64,000 bases of DNA from Oikopleura dioica (taxonomy: Eukaryota > Animalia > Chordata), in assembly GCA_907165135.1 (NCBI GenBank), contig OU015566.1, positions 8,928,001 through 8,992,000 on the forward strand. Reading direction: 5' to 3'. The translations under genes were made by a program, and so were the position numbers. Positions 49,414-60,895 of this stretch are shown here, piece after piece. The first letter of the stretch is position 1, and every line of letters begins with the position of its first letter. The notes under the pieces were generated by a model. That model had not been told where the DNA came from. It saw nothing but the letters and a program-made list of their open reading frames with translations, and searched no databases.

Positions 49414-50597
49414 ATGAAGTTTCAAATTTTAATCCACATTTATATAAACATACAAATAACACTCGGAGGCCTTATTAAGTCGGGCCCGAAGACGGTAGAG
49501 ATTAAAAGTGAGAAGACGGGAGAGGTGATAAAAGTACCGAAGAAGGAGGGTATTCAGCCGCCGACACTACTATCTTGTGATAACTCTGGAAAAGCAACTG
49601 GAGTAGCTACCTCTGAGATTCAGGTTTATATTTCTTTTAATTAAAAATCTGTCTAAATATTTATCGTTTCAGACATTTTTACGGAGTTTTTAGTATATCG
49701 GTACTTTTAACTGGCCAAAGCCGCTCAACAATCCCTTCCGCTGCAACTACAAGCTAGATATAAGGTACCCAATTTATTTTTCCTCAGAAGATCTAATTTT
49801 CTTTTAGCGCACATGAACCAGGCTCATTCCTCAAACTCTCCTTCATCGATTTCAAGACAGACTGTTCAGAACGCAGCCGCATGAAAGTCTTTGAATCAGG
49901 AGTAGAGCGGATATTCCGAATCTGCGGGAAAATGCCAATTGAAGATTATGTCGCGAAAACTGGCAGTGCTGAGATTCATTTGGACATTGGCCAGGTAAAT
50001 AATCACAGCTCTAGAGATTCTACTGATTATTTTGGACTCCCTTTTCATATGCAAATTTAGCGATAAACATTTATTTTTAGGACGCACAAGTTCTCATAAG
50101 TTTCCAGCTTATCCCAGGTCTTCCGCCTAAGCCGATCCCGGTTGCTTTACAGACAACACGAGAACCACCAGCTCTAATCAAGAACTTGCTTCAAAATTAT
50201 TATGCCCCAACTCAATCTACCGTTCCCGAGCCAAGAACAAAATACCACCCAGCTCCTCCTGTAATCATAAAATCAGTGCGCGATGAGAGTTATCAGCCTG
50301 ACACTACCATCGTCGGAAAAAGAAAACTCTTGCTCACAATGATTTTTTGTGCCCTTGGAGTTATCTCCCTCTGCGGGGCAATTTATCTCGTGAGAAAGTA
50401 TACCATGGAGGTACTGAAAATGAATGTCCCGAAATTTGTTTTCAACTAATTTTAAGGCCGAGGCAGAGGATAACTCCACCGCAAATTTACAAGAGCTTCA
50501 TCAAAACATGGCATACCAAGCTGAAATGCGTCGCCTAGAAGATACGAGGTTAAAATACGAGGGTCAAGTTTCGACGAAACTCCAGGCGCGTTACTAA
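49414..50597 (+). CDS. Single-pass membrane protein with a CUB-like domain
   Basis: Five exons: hydrophobic N-terminus; YIGTFNWPKP..FRCNYKLDISAHEPGSFLKLSFIDFKTDC...FRICG (CUB-like Cys pattern); Pro/Thr stalk; TM LLLTMIFCALGVISLCGAIYLV; short tail ending QARY*. Confidence 0.65.
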
Positions 50598-50735
50598 TAT
50601 TGCGCGTTTTCATATAAATATCGCTGTAAATAAACGAAAGAGAAAAATCAAATAGAAGATGTTACTAGGGAATTATTTATTCGAATAAATATGGTATCAG
50701 TAAGACACACAGGAGCAGGAGAGAGTGACAAGAGC

Positions 50736-50967
50736 TTACTTCCAGGACATGGAGATCATTCTCAAAGTCATAGCGCCACAGATCCAGATACCGTTCTGGA
50801 GGTACTGAACAGAGGTTCGACCCCACTGCTGGGTTCCGAAGCCGTTTCGGCCATGCTAAAATGTTAATTATAAAATTACTGATTCTTTGTGTTTATCTTA
50901 CGGGTGGGCCGAGGTACATCATGTTGATAGTCAGCGCAGTGCCGATAGTCTTGAGAGAGAAAACCAT
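50736..50967 (-). CDS. 61-aa two-exon small ORF of unknown function
   Basis: MVFSLKTIGTALTINMMYLGPP|HGRNGFGTQQWGRTSVQYLQNGIWICGAMTLRMISMSWK*; 46-nt GT..AG intron (50856-50901) in phase 0; TTTTAG acceptor 9 nt upstream of the ATG; AATAAA downstream. Confidence 0.6.
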
Positions 50968-51071
50968 TCCGAGTATCTAAAAAGCCACTCTTGAAATAGA
51001 GAAATGGACAAAATAACATGATATTGTGCTGGAGGCAGTTAGTGAGGATACGGAATTTGTGAGAAAATAAA

Positions 51072-51792
51072 TTAAAGACATCCGGTCTTGGAATCAAAAC
51101 AGCCATCGAGGAACGCGTATTCTTCTTCAGTTTGAAAGACAAATTTGACGTCATCTTTCTAAAACATAATCCTAGCCAACATATTTCAATGTTGAGGTTC
51201 TACCTTGACAGTTTTTCGCCGCCCAGTTTCCGCTATTTGATAGGATCGACGTGCAAGATTTTCAATGAACTGTTCTCCGGCCTAAAAACGCATTAAAAAC
51301 TGCCATAAACGGTCAAAATGTTACCAGAATAAGAGCAATAGCAGCATCAGCACTTTGACCTTTCCACTCAGGATCGAAGTTTTTGAGCATCGTTTTAATT
51401 CGCGAAAGTGGTAGCCGAGTAAGTCCCTGTCTAGCTGCTCGTTTCGCTGGAGGCTCGCCTGTATCTTCGGCGTCATCCTTTTCGACTTCCTCTGGCGTGT
51501 TTTGCTCGTCTTCATCGTCTTCTTCGTCTTTTTCTGGATTCGCTTGCTCGCTTGACTTTACGCGCATAAGCTCAAGAGCCGATGTTGCTCCATTTGTTGG
51601 CGAAAATAAGTCTCTTCCGTCTGTTTGCTCCTCTGTACCTTCATCTTCCTGTTGATGGTCTTTTCCAGCCCCAGGAGCACCCCAGATATCTGCAAGAACT
51701 GCTGCTTCACCTTCGTCTGGTGGAGTATCATTTTCCTCGATCTCTTCATTGTCAGGAATTGGGTCATAATCTGAGTTGTCCGACTCACTCAT
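51072..51792 (-). CDS. POLE4: H2A-type histone-fold protein, POLE4/CHRAC1 family (closer to POLE4)
   Basis: RLPLSRIKTMLK...IALIL|AGEQFIENLARRSYQIAETGRRKTVK|KDDVKFVFQTEEEYAFLDG matches the POLE4 pattern LPLARVK...ELFVETIAKDAY...KRKTL...DEFAFLEG. Confidence 0.7.
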
Positions 51793-51935
51793 ATTCAACG
51801 TTTATCTTTAAAAAATATTTGAAGAGAGGGTATCATTTTAGTTTATTTCGAATAATCAGAAGAAAAGCGACAGAAATGGAAAGATTCGTAAGTGAAGAGG
51901 AACTGCATGAACATTTATCATATATGAATTTTTAT

Positions 51936-54933
51936 CTATACAGAAATAACATTTTTGAGACCCCAAGTCATCACAACTGGTCCAAGATCAGCCAAGTAAG
52001 ACGCTATAAGTTAAATTAATAAGTGACACATAAAATTCTATCTTACCAGAGCCTTTTTCAGGCGATATGAAGCCCATACATGTATCGACAGTATTCGGCA
52101 ATTGAAGGAAAGTAACTCCAGTTTGACCCGACTTTTTTGACAGTATGAGCGAGTTTACCCAAGAAACATAATCGTCATCCATCAACTCGAGCTGATTATA
52201 TTCAACAGTGACTAGTACTAAGACTGCATTTATTCGCAGTTCCATGAAATAAGTCTTGAAAGATTTCTGGGCAGCTGTGACATCGGTTCCAGGAGCAACA
52301 GGGATGAAGATCCTTAGTTTAGCCGTGGGCTTCCAAGAGTGAGAGCGTGAAAGCAGGCAGCCAAGTTGCAGCAAAAACTGAGCATTGGCATCGGCTTTGA
52401 TGCTGTCTACTGTGCCGATCATAAATCCAGGGCTCGTTAAAGATGTTGGCCAGATATCGATAAAGTTGTCATTCTTGCCTTCAAGAAGATTGCGATTAAA
52501 TGAAGTCACATTTTTCATAAGCACAACATTTCTGTCAAGACGAATCGCATCTGTGATTATATCCTTCGTGCTTTCAGTTGGAGAGTCAATGTTCATAACT
52601 AGCGTGTTTGCCTTCATCCCGCCCAGGCCGGATAGTCGCAGAAGCTGTTCGGCACCCAGTCGTAGGTCTGGGCAAGTTGTATGCTCGACAAACGCCTTGA
52701 CTTGATTCTTTTGACGAAATCGTACCAGGCGTTGAGCTTCCTCTTCGAGCTTTCCATGTCCTCCTCGTCTATACTTCCGAGATTCACGTGACCTAGCACA
52801 AGGAGACCTGATTTCTTCAAGTCATTCACAAAGAGAAGGCCTTCGACTGAAGCGGTTATGTCTCTGACGAGATAGAGTATGCCAGGGCGCCAGGAGTCAA
52901 TTGATGAATCTTGGACATTCATTTTCAGCGCGTATTTACGAACTTGATGAAAAATAAGAGCCTGGGATATCGAGCCCCAAGCGACTTGAGGAGCGGTGTA
53001 ATGGCTAATTGCACTCAAAATGATCATGATAGCCATCGCTGCCAACGCCCAGATGTAGTTGACGAGGAACATAACGGCCATAGTCGAAATAACGCCGAGG
53101 AGAGCGGTATGCCAGGAAAAGTACTTGAATGTTGGGCGAAAGTTGGGTGCTGAAGCCCAGTCCAATCCGAGGCAAGCTAAATCACAAGCAGTATACGCAA
53201 GAAGGAAGAAAATAGTAACGAGGGGAGCAATTGCGTTAAGCTTTCCGATGAGAAGGACGACTTGGATGAGGAACCATGTCATAACAACTGCTACGTATGG
53301 ATTCCCTTTGCTGTTGGTCATTTTCACAAGGCGAAGAGCCGGTCCGAACATGCCATCTTTGGCCATTGCATGAAGAACGCGTGAAGCGCCGATCAGTGAT
53401 GACAGGGCAGCGGAAAAGGAAGAAAAGAAAATGCCGATAAAGACGATCGGTGGCCAGAAGTTAATGGCTTGAAGAAAAGTGTAGTTATTGTTGAGCAACG
53501 CTTTCGGGCAAGTAGCGGCGATGAACATCATCAGGAGAATGTAGGTAAAACATACGATGGAGCAGGCGGCAATGGTGCCGACAGGAATCGATTTGGAGGG
53601 ATTTTTCAGCTCTCCTGAAACATTTGATTAGAAAAGAGGAAGAGCGTGGGAATGACTCAGGTCGACCTTTGAACCTTCATTTTAAACCTGACATGTTAGC
53701 ACCGGCCATGATACCAGTGCAGCCGTTGAATAAAATCGCAAAAACATCAATAAAACCCATTATAGAGCCGTTAGGGATCGTGTAGTCATACGTGTAGTTT
53801 GCTGTAGTAGTAATTATTACCTTGAGCTGTTCGTTCAAGAATGTGGGTGATGGCAGTGAGGCAGGTATGCTTGTAGCAGAAAAGAAGCGCGAAGATTTCG
53901 GAAAATGAGTAGAGACCCTTTTTCAGGAAGTTAGGGAGCAGGTTGAGAGATCGGAAGTCCACATCTCAGAACAAGAAAGATCAGTAAATTTTCTGATCAA
54001 AAAGGCTGCTCTAACTCTTTCCTTGTCATGATGTTTATAATCAATTGTGTAATTTGCTATAAAAATTGGATGATAAATCAAGATATGGAAGATGTTTCAA
54101 AGAAATCGAAGAACTTACAGTACAAGTTAGCATGGAACGTTTGCGAGCTGAAGCCAGTATAAAGCTCCGTTCTATTTGGCCAGTCAGGATTGACAACAGG
54201 AACTTGCATCTCCTTTTCTACGAAGAACGAGACGATAACGCAAATGATTGCGCTTCCAACGACGATGAAGATGCCAAATACGGCTTTTGCATAAATGTCG
54301 GCTCCCACAAGGCAAATGACAGCAACAAGAAAGAGCAAGGCAGTTCCGTAGCCATATTCGATCCATTGGCTAGTTGGAATTCCAGTACTGTTGATGCTTG
54401 GAAGGAGTTGGCCACCCGGGCCGAAATCGTCAATGATCGTTTCGCACATACCGAAAATGTACATGGCTGAATAAAAATAAGGAGAAGTGGAACACTCAGT
54501 AAGAAACCTACCAACAGCGGCAGCATTAGCCAGATAAAACATCAGACCAATTGATGCGCCCATTTCCGGTCCAAGAGCTCTACTGATCATAAAATAAGCG
54601 CCTCCTGCTTCTACAGCTCCATTTGTTGAAATGGCACAAACAGACGTCACCGTCAACGCAATGATTATAAATGCTACAAACAGTAGACTGGAAAACTTGA
54701 TTTTCTATTAAAAAAATACCAATTACGAGCATAATCAATGCTTGAATGAGTCCTGCTTGGCCAATAATGAAGCCCATTCGCAGAAAGAGCACGACGGAAA
54801 ACATGGACAAGCAGCATGGCACGATGACGCCGAAGAAGGTGTTTAGTGTTCTCTGCGTTGAAGGAGCCTCTCCGAGGGCTCCGTTTCCATTTACATCATG
54901 GTCGATAAGAAGCTCTGTATCCGAGTCCGACAT
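51936..54933 (-). CDS. SLC12A9: Cation-chloride cotransporter family member SLC12A9
   Basis: [123 protein letters not shown]. One apparent 1-nt frameshift near 52701. Confidence 0.92.
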
Positions 54934-55339
54934 TATCGGTCCGATCGATTTGTCTGAAAAGAAAATGCGCGCGTTATTATCTTTACTCGTTCAAATTCGC
55001 CGCGTCCGAGGAAATATTTATCTTCGCACATTTGAAAACTAAATAACGTTAGATGCAGAACCGCCTTTGACCTGTTTCCTAAAGGTGTTCACCAAGAGCG
55101 AACTTCTTGGGCGGAGAAGAAATGTGCAGAATAAAAACAGACCGATATAAATCATGAAGTTCAAAGAGTGATAACAATCAACCCTGGCTCGCGTTCGAAA
55201 CGTATCGCGGCCAGCTGTATTACCGCGAACTAAAAGGAAATGGATACCAGCTGTATTCTCTAGCGCCGCCAGTTCTAGCCCCTATTTAATGATATCTAGC
55301 TCGACAATAAAACAGAAAATACTGAATCAGACAAACAAA

Positions 55340-55804
55340 ATGGGAGGCTGCGTTTCTACAAAAAAGCATGAAATCGCCGGAACTCTCCGAAGAAGCGAAA
55401 ACATCCAGCAAAAGATCACAGAAGCTACGATCGAGCTGAACATGGCGGAAAGTCAACTTCAGAAGAACTCATCCAAAGTCCTCATCCTTCACAACGAGCT
55501 GAAGGTTGCAAGAGAAGAGAGTCGAAAGCTCAAAAGTGCCGTTTTTCAAATGCGAGAGCAATATTCCAACACGACTTTGGATTTGAAAAGAAAACTGATG
55601 TTCGAGCAAGAGAACGCACGATACTACAAGGGGCAGTATCTCCTCGCGATGAGCAAGCTCGCCGATAGACAGCAGCTCAACCAGGAGCTGATGCAAAAAA
55701 TAACGAAGGTTCACGATTCTATGCCCAGAAAACAACGCGCTCGTCGCGAACAACCCCACTACTCTGACCACGCATCTACAATTTCATCCGCTTCTTTTTG
55801 CTAA
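55340..55804 (+). CDS. 154-aa coiled-coil protein with predicted N-myristoylation/palmitoylation motif, single exon
   Basis: ATG at 55340 gives MGGCVSTKK; heptad-rich helical body (KITEATIELNMAESQLQK...LKVAREESRKLK); acceptor-like AATCAG 9 nt upstream. Confidence 0.7.
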   Translation: MGGCVSTKKHEIAGTLRRSENIQQKITEATIELNMAESQLQKNSSKVLILHNELKVAREESRKLKSAVFQMREQYSNTTLDLKRKLMFEQENARYYKGQYLLAMSKLADRQQLNQELMQKITKVHDSMPRKQRARREQPHYSDHASTISSASFC

Positions 55805-55894
55805 AATATAAAGAAAAAATAAACTGAAAAAGAAAAGTCCTCTGATCATCGTTTTTTATTGAATGGCAGTTGTATTCCTCAATTTTCTAATCTG

Positions 55895-56432
55895 TTAGTC
55901 AACAAAGTCCACATCGGGCCCAGCAGCAGCAACTTGAGAGGCGAGATCAGCAGACCCCTTTAGTCTCTCTCGAATGAGTTCAGCAATCGCGCGCTCTGTT
56001 TTCTTATTAAGCCTGTCGAGGCGCGGCTGGATTGCACGCTTTAGATCCCAGTCTGGTTTCTTTGGAGCAAGTTGAATCAAGTCAAGCTCGTTTGTGTCTT
56101 CGCCAGGAACTGAGAGAGATAAAGTACGGTTGGCCTAGGAAAGTTGGTATACCTGGAGCGCTTGCTTCATTTTCGAGCTCTTCAACATGCTCATCAACGT
56201 GCTCAACGTCGGCGGGCTCGATCTCGTCTCTGGATATGTTCTCGTCAAGCGGCTTGTAGTTTCGGAGCTTCAGTGCGGGTTCTTCAGTTGAGTTTTCATT
56301 GCCGCCTTTTCTCTGATTTGAATCGTGTTAGAGAAAAAATATGCCCGGAAAACTTACCTTGGCTCTCATCGCCATCAGCTTTTCTCTGCGGCTTTTTGCG
56401 GCATCTTGAAGTTCTCCGATATCGGCAGGCAT
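55895..56432 (-). CDS. CCDC12: Spliceosome-associated coiled-coil protein CCDC12/Cwf18
   Basis: Three exons: MPADIGELQDAAKSRREKLMAMR, LKLRNYKP, LAPKKPDWDLKRAIQPRLDRLNKKTERAIAELIRERL. Confidence 0.9.
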
Positions 56433-56470
56433 TCTATAATTATAAAAGTTCAGAAAGCATCCCAAAGAAA

Positions 56471-57499
56471 CTATTTCGACTTCATATAAATCTGCTTCAG
56501 ACCCATACAGCTTTCATAACTGTGCGCATTCAGTGTCCATTTGAATTTTTGAAAGGAAAAGGCAGTGTCGTTTTTACACCTTACGACCATACGTTTGTTA
56601 TTCTTGCTTTTGTTCCATACATAGGGTTCTTTCGGTATCGCAGACTCCTCTCTTAGACCTAAACTGGCTTAAAACCATGATCAATTAACAATGCTACCTA
56701 TTGGATGAAGTTCTTTCCCGCAAAATTTCATCTTACAAGGAAAATGGTACGCCCGAGATTGCCGCAAAATCTCAGATGCAGTTTGATCTTTTGGGCTGAT
56801 CATAAGATCTGCCGGGGTCATTTTCCTAGTCATGGAAGGCTTTCCTTCTTGATCATTCAATTCCAATTTGGGCAACTCATCAAGAATGCTAGTAAGAAGC
56901 TCGGCGCCTATTTTTCCGGCCTCCATGCCAAGCGTCAATAAATTATAGCCTTCTGTGTCTACATCCTCGGACCGGGCCAATATCTGACCAGCGTCGAATT
57001 TAGGAGCAACTGTTTGAATGCAAACTCGTGTTTTCCGCTCTTCCGACAAGATTGCTGCTGTTAAAGGAGCAGCGCCTCGATGTAGGGGCAGGTCAGAGGG
57101 ATGTACGTTCCAGCAGTATTTAAAATTCTTTAAATACTCCCCAGGAATAAGCGAACCAAAAGAGGCGACGATGAGTATGTCTGCTTGATTTTGAGGACTG
57201 TATGTTTCTAACGGGATATTCAAATTATTACACACTTGCGGGAATACTTTTGTAGGGTTAAAATATCGATCAGCAGGCTATTTGTCGAGAAAAGTCGTTT
57301 TAAACCCATAACCTGCACTTCCGAAAATATACTTCTCATATGCGGGGAAGGTCTGACCGTTGACAAGTGGTGCTTTGTTCAGATTAAACATCGCGCTTTT
57401 TGAATAGGATCGAATGATCGGATAGTTTATTTGAAGACCAACACACCAGAAGAGAAGTTTTGTATGAATTATGTACAGCGTTTTCTGACTTTTTGACAA
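56471..57499 (-). CDS. MTFMT: Mitochondrial methionyl-tRNA formyltransferase; 5' end approximate
   Basis: ADILIVASFG, WNVHPSDLPLHRGAAP, FDAGQILA formyltransferase motifs; last exon ends KQIYMKSK* at 56471. Confidence 0.85.
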
Positions 57500-57668
57500 T
57501 GAAGTTTTAAAGAGTTACTAATAGTAACTGACTAATTTTTCTAGTGCAATGGAGATACACAAAGGTACAAGGTAGAGAACATGTGGAACATTTTAAGGGG
57601 ACAAACTTTGAATAGGAATACTTTGAACAGAAACATTAAGTGATTGAAGATATAAATATAACTGGGGA

Positions 57669-59484
57669 TCAAGTACGACGAAGGCGTAAATCGATTAGGT
57701 TTAAGTCGGCAGCTGGTTCGTTTTCTGACTCGGAATCGGGGTCGGGCTCATCCAACTGGCCGTCGAGTATGTTATCAGTCTAAGATAACATGTATAATAA
57801 GGCTCGATAATAACATCTGAATCTTACTGTGAGATCAATAGAGCCAGTACTTCGTAGATCCTCAAGTATTGCACGTCGAGATATGTGAGGGAATATCTTA
57901 AATTAATGTTGAATTGAAATGATGGAATTTTTACTTGTTGAAGCTCAGAAGCGGATTGCTGGAGACGCGTGTTGTTCATAGGCCGCGGTTGCAAATCATA
58001 ATTGACGGTGATATTCCAAGACGGAAGCCAGTTGGAGATCCTACGGAGATTGAAAGACCAGACGGGTTCTGCTGGCGCGATGGGAGCGGGCGGTTCTTCT
58101 TCGACTTCTTCTTCTTGGTTCAAGCGACAGCGACAAATTGGACACGAAGCGTCTTGCTCAAGCCACTGGCGGAGGCAGGAACTGTGGAAACAATGACCAC
58201 ATGTGAGCCGCCGAGCGGAGCTAAGAAAAGAGTTAAAAACCACGTGAGAACGCTAACGGAAGAACCTGAAGGTATCCCAGCAGATAAGACATTCACCCTT
58301 GGTCTGTACTTGGGGGTATTTGCATTCCATGTCGGAAATAACGCGATGATAAGTCAGGTGTTTGGTTCGTTGCTTTTGAAGCTCGTTTAGCAAGAATCGC
58401 ACATGCATACAGATTACTAAAGCCATAGATTACCGAGTTTGAGCGTGTAGGTGTTACCTAAAGATGCCATGGATAGCCAAAGATTGCCGCTTAGAAGCAT
58501 GTGTAAATGGTGAACAAGGTCGAGGATAAGAAATGAAGACGATAGAATAAGGTCGTTGTAGTGCAACCAACTAGTGAAAAGATCAGTTTTTGTTTAAATT
58601 CTGTAGAACAATTACCGGCCCTTGTATTCCCAAACTCCAGCGCGGCTAAGATCATACAGGTGGATTAGGTAGCGAGAAGTGACATGGGTTGCTCTGATTG
58701 TCAAAACGGCGATATCGGCAAGTAAGAAACAGAGAATGTGAAGCGTGAAAAAGTCGCGATTCCTGATAAACTAAAGAAATAGGTAAGAATGTCGTGAATG
58801 AGTCTGATAGCATACCAGAACGAAGATAAGAGAGGATGAAAATATGATTGTCCCAAGAAGGCCTAGTACTTTGCAATGAAGATTTCTAGCGGTATTTGGT
58901 GAGAAGGAAAGATGTTCAAATCTGAATAAAACTTTATCGCGGGAAGTCAAGGAAGAGGACCTACCGTAGCTTTGATATCTTCGTCATAACAACAAGCATA
59001 GCAAGAACAGAAAACCAAGCAGCCCAAAGAAGCACCTCTCCGGCTTGGTGAACGTTTATCACACCAAACACGAAAATAAACTTAAATCACTGATCAACAA
59101 CTAGTGTTGATGAAGGTGGCTCACCTTATAAAAAACATAATTCCAGAACTTGTCTTTCGCAGAGTTTTTCTCAGCGTTACGAAGTTCACCGAAGACGACA
59201 CGAATAACAGCCATGGAGAACAGAAGAAGCATACAAGCAGCCATGTTTATAATAATCAAGGAAACAACCCAATTTTCCTCAAGCCAGCTGTTTCTCATTT
59301 GAGCGCGTTCAAGGTCGACCTCTTCCTCGGTCAATAACTCAATCTCGGGCGAAGAAAGAAGCTCATTTTCAGGTAAAGAGGGCCAAAGATCCTTGTTGTA
59401 GGAAAGCGTGAGAGTAAGGCCGACGAAGGATGTAAGTGATAAAACTGTGTACCATTTGAGCGAAGGCAGCTTATTTAGGCTCAT
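57669..59484 (-). CDS. AMFR: E3 ubiquitin ligase AMFR/gp78 (TM + RING-H2 + CUE)
   Basis: AKDKFWNYVFYK|FIFVFGVINV; RING-H2 CGHCFHSSCLRQWLEQDASCPICR; CUE-like IFPHISRRAILEDLRSTGSIDLTTDNILDG. Confidence 0.9.
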
Positions 59485-60061
59485 AAAATTAGTTTTTCTC
59501 TCTTTCTATTTTAGAATAGACTATTCTGATACCTATCTATCTTATTGAGATAGAGACGGTTTTAATGAGCCGTAACAAAAGAAAGTCGCCTAACCCATTG
59601 TTGACCAACATAATTTCGTCACAACTGTCAGCGAAGAAAAACAACTGTACAGTGTTTACGATAATAAAAGCAGACACAGGTAAGTAGGTGTGTTTATGTG
59701 TGTTGGTCTCAGGAGGTTAGCGTATGAGTTTGGCGTGAGTTTTGTTTAATCCGGTCCTTTGGCTGCTGCGGTGATTCGCGCAATCTTACTGTGACGTGAC
59801 GCTGTCAAATGTCGCAGAACAGAAGCGGAAAACCAATCTGATCCCAGAAAGAGAATAGTGTACATTTCTTATCCCGATTTCATCTAAAAATGTACAGTTA
59901 CTTTAGAGAGTCAAATTTCAGAGCATATTTTTGACCGTTCAGAATGCGGCGCCACGTGGTAGCCGACAAGACGGTCAACCCCATCGCGGACAACTCCGAT
60001 TATGAACAAAAAATGCACAGAAATTAACGGACATAATGGACGGTAACTGTAGGCAGTGAGT

Positions 60062-60578
60062 TTATCGTCGATGTCGGGGGCCTCCTCGGCCTCGTGGACC
60101 ACCTCGTCCGCCACGGCCTCGTCCGCCACCTCGGGAAGGCTTTCCTCGGCCTCGTCCTCGGTCTCGAGTGGATCCACCTCCTCGAGCCTAATTGAATGAT
60201 ATGAACAAGTGCTTCAACAAGCAAGCTTACCTTTGGTCCATCATCAATCAGGAGGGTATCGAGGGGAACAGAGTCCGGCAAGATGTAGTATCGAATGTTA
60301 TTTCCTCTAATGGAAAGAGCATCAAGTTGTTGTGGCTCTCGTCCTTTGACAGTCAGGCGGACATTTTTCAAATGGGTGTTCATGCAAATGTCAACACCAG
60401 CGATGGTTCCAACGACCTGAATGCTCGAGCGTCAATAAAACAATGAAAGATCAATACGCCTTGATTATATACAGTAATAAAACAAGGGCAAGATGATGGA
60501 ATTTACCTGAGTGCCGTTTTTGAGTTCAATAGTCACAGTCTCGTGGGACAGCTTCATGAGGAATCGAGCCAACTTCAT
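60062..60578 (-). CDS. SNRPD1: Small nuclear ribonucleoprotein Sm D1
   Basis: [24 protein letters not shown]|[19 protein letters not shown]...[16 protein letters not shown]; RG-rich tail. Confidence 0.96.
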
Positions 60579-60895
60579 CTTGGCCTTACAAAATTTGTCA
60601 AACTGAAAAGAAAAGGTTATGTAGAATTATCTCTTTGAAGGAGGTGGTCTATCAGACTTCCAAACACCAGCAGACAGAAAAGTTAAAGTAAGAGCTTTAC
60701 TTTTTAAATATTATATAAAGTTTTCGTATATGAACTTTCGAGCACGACGAGTTTCAGGTAAAAAAGGCTGCTCTAGAGAGAAAGAGCACAGTGCAGAAGT
60801 TCTAGAGAGTCAGAAAGTATATTTGACAATACATATGGCAAGGTAAAACGTTTAGAGTTGCTAAACATTGTTTTTGGCTATTGATGTTAATAAAA

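Noticed and set aside
51383-52019. Plus-strand ORFs of 90 and 145 aa
   Set aside because: Antisense shadows of the acidic POLE4-like exon.
57278-57312. In-frame TAG upstream of the MTFMT catalytic exon, suggesting readthrough or a separate 73-aa gene
   Set aside because: The TAG is the acceptor of a 35-nt GT..AG intron (57312-57278); ordinary splicing explains it.
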